Assembly (NCBI GenBank): GCA_900550955.1
Contig: URUF01000005.1
Coordinates: forward strand, 116 to 64,115
Source: an uncultured Eubacteriales bacterium
GTDB lineage: Bacteria; Bacillota; Clostridia; Christensenellales; Aristaeellaceae
Reading direction: 5' to 3'
Length of the DNA: 64,000 nt
The translations under genes and the position numbers were made by a program. The notes under the pieces were generated by a model. It was not told the origin of the DNA and did not search any database. It was given only the letters and a program-made list of their open reading frames with translations. Of the stretch, positions 63,268-64,000 are shown piece by piece; position 1 is the stretch's first letter; each line of letters begins with the position of its first letter.

Positions 63268-64000
63268 TCAGTTTTTGACCATGGTGAGGTATTTTGCCGG
63301 GGAAACGCCCATGATGTGCTTGAACTGGCGTGAAAAGGCCTGAGGGCTTGAATAGCCAAGCTCGGAGGCGACGCGGCTGACGCTCATGCGCCCCTGGCGA
63401 AGCAGGCGGCGGCTTTCCTGAATGCGCATGCGCTGATAGTAGGCGATAACCGTGGTGCCCGTATACTGCTTGAAGCGCTCCTTCAGCGCCGTGCCGCTTA
63501 GCCCCGCTTCCCTGCAAATGCTTTCAAAACGGAGCGTGCCGTTTAAATGCGCGTTCATTTGCGCGACGATGCGCTGCATCACAAACGCAAAATCGGTATC
63601 ATCCGTTAAAACGACGCGCGCGGCGGGCTTGCTTTCCTCGGGCAGCAGCAGCTCCAACAACAGCTGCGTTAGCAAAAGCACAATCATTTGGCTGCTTCCC
63701 GGCGGGGCGTGCTGCGCGGCGGATAACCCTTGCGCAAGCGGAACGTCCAGCAGGTGCGCAAAGGCGCGCTGCCCCTCGCGCACCATGCGTGAAACCAGCT
63801 TGCGCTGGCTTTCATCCAGAAGGCAGACTTTGCGTACAAAAGCATCCATGGCGGGGCTGTCGCAGCCGAAGGACACCACAAAAAGGTTGGCCCCCAGCTT
63901 GGAATTGGCCCAGATGGTGTGGAACTCTCCCGGACGGTGAAAGATGGCCTGCCCCTGGGTCAAGCGGCACAGTTGACCGTCCGCCCCAATATCCGCCGAC
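63268..64000 (-). CDS. AraC-family transcriptional regulator (N-terminus runs off the window)
   Basis: C-terminal double HTH (SICREAGLSGTALKERFKQYTGTTVIAYYQRMRIQESRRLL..VSRVASELGYSSPQAFSRQFKHIMGVSP). The reading frame stays open to position 64000, with a cupin-like segment (GQAIFHRPGEFH). Confidence 0.8.
   Translation of the reverse strand, partial: SADIGADGQLCRLTQGQAIFHRPGEFHTIWANSKLGANLFVVSFGCDSPAMDAFVRKVCLLDESQRKLVSRMVREGQRAFAHLLDVPLAQGLSAAQHAPPGSSQMIVLLLTQLLLELLLPEESKPAARVVLTDDTDFAFVMQRIVAQMNAHLNGTLRFESICREAGLSGTALKERFKQYTGTTVIAYYQRMRIQESRRLLRQGRMSVSRVASELGYSSPQAFSRQFKHIMGVSPAKYLTMVKN

Overview
This window is a GC-rich chromosomal core segment of a Firmicutes/Clostridia genome. The gene content and synteny look Oscillospiraceae/Ruminococcaceae-like, but that lineage call is inference only. 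I support about 70 protein genes, almost all housekeeping.

Gene content, in order:
- plsY, trxA, abrB, spmAB, and a Met T-box leader in front of metG, followed by tatD and miaA.
- A lipid block on the minus strand: a second, divergent PlsY and a frameshifted glycolipid glycosyltransferase.
- A five-gene biotin-dependent Na+ decarboxylase operon (mmdA-like, oadG-like, BCCP, oadB-like, oadA/5S-like).
- rpmB, lepA, udk, spoIIID-mbl and ppdK.
- yfhO-lgt, a serine hydrolase, recX, mntR/mntP, and a frameshifted degV.
- truA-ecfT-ecfA2-ecfA1 and a stand-alone riboflavin kinase.
- A second Lgt-like gene, ogt, pyk, an SH3b wall-binding protein, an AI-2E permease, and ireB-ruvX-DUF1292.
- Aspartate kinase, an anti-sigma-like/sigma pair, the dcw-cluster tail (yggS-sepF-yggT-ylmH-divIVA), gap, and a DUF3604 / Gfo-Idh-MocA / AraC sugar-type locus.

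I saw no rRNA, tRNA, CRISPR array, transposase, integrase, phage genes or recognisable defence system. Many very long ORFs in the track are antisense shadows of real genes, which is typical of GC-rich DNA, and I rejected them.

I cannot point to a clear novel system. The best candidates for a second look are:
- the degenerate (pseudokinase-like) anti-sigma plus SigF/SigB-type sigma pair sitting upstream of the division genes;
- the decarboxylase operon that carries both a 12S-type and a 5S-type carboxyltransferase;
- an orphan, self-contained two-gene module of unknown function (41.0-42.5 kb);
- an Lgt paralogue with a degenerate catalytic signature;
- a structured 337-nt intergenic region upstream of the SH3b gene.

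Two genes (a UgtP-like glycosyltransferase and DegV) are each split by a single frameshift. Both could be true pseudogenes or assembly errors.
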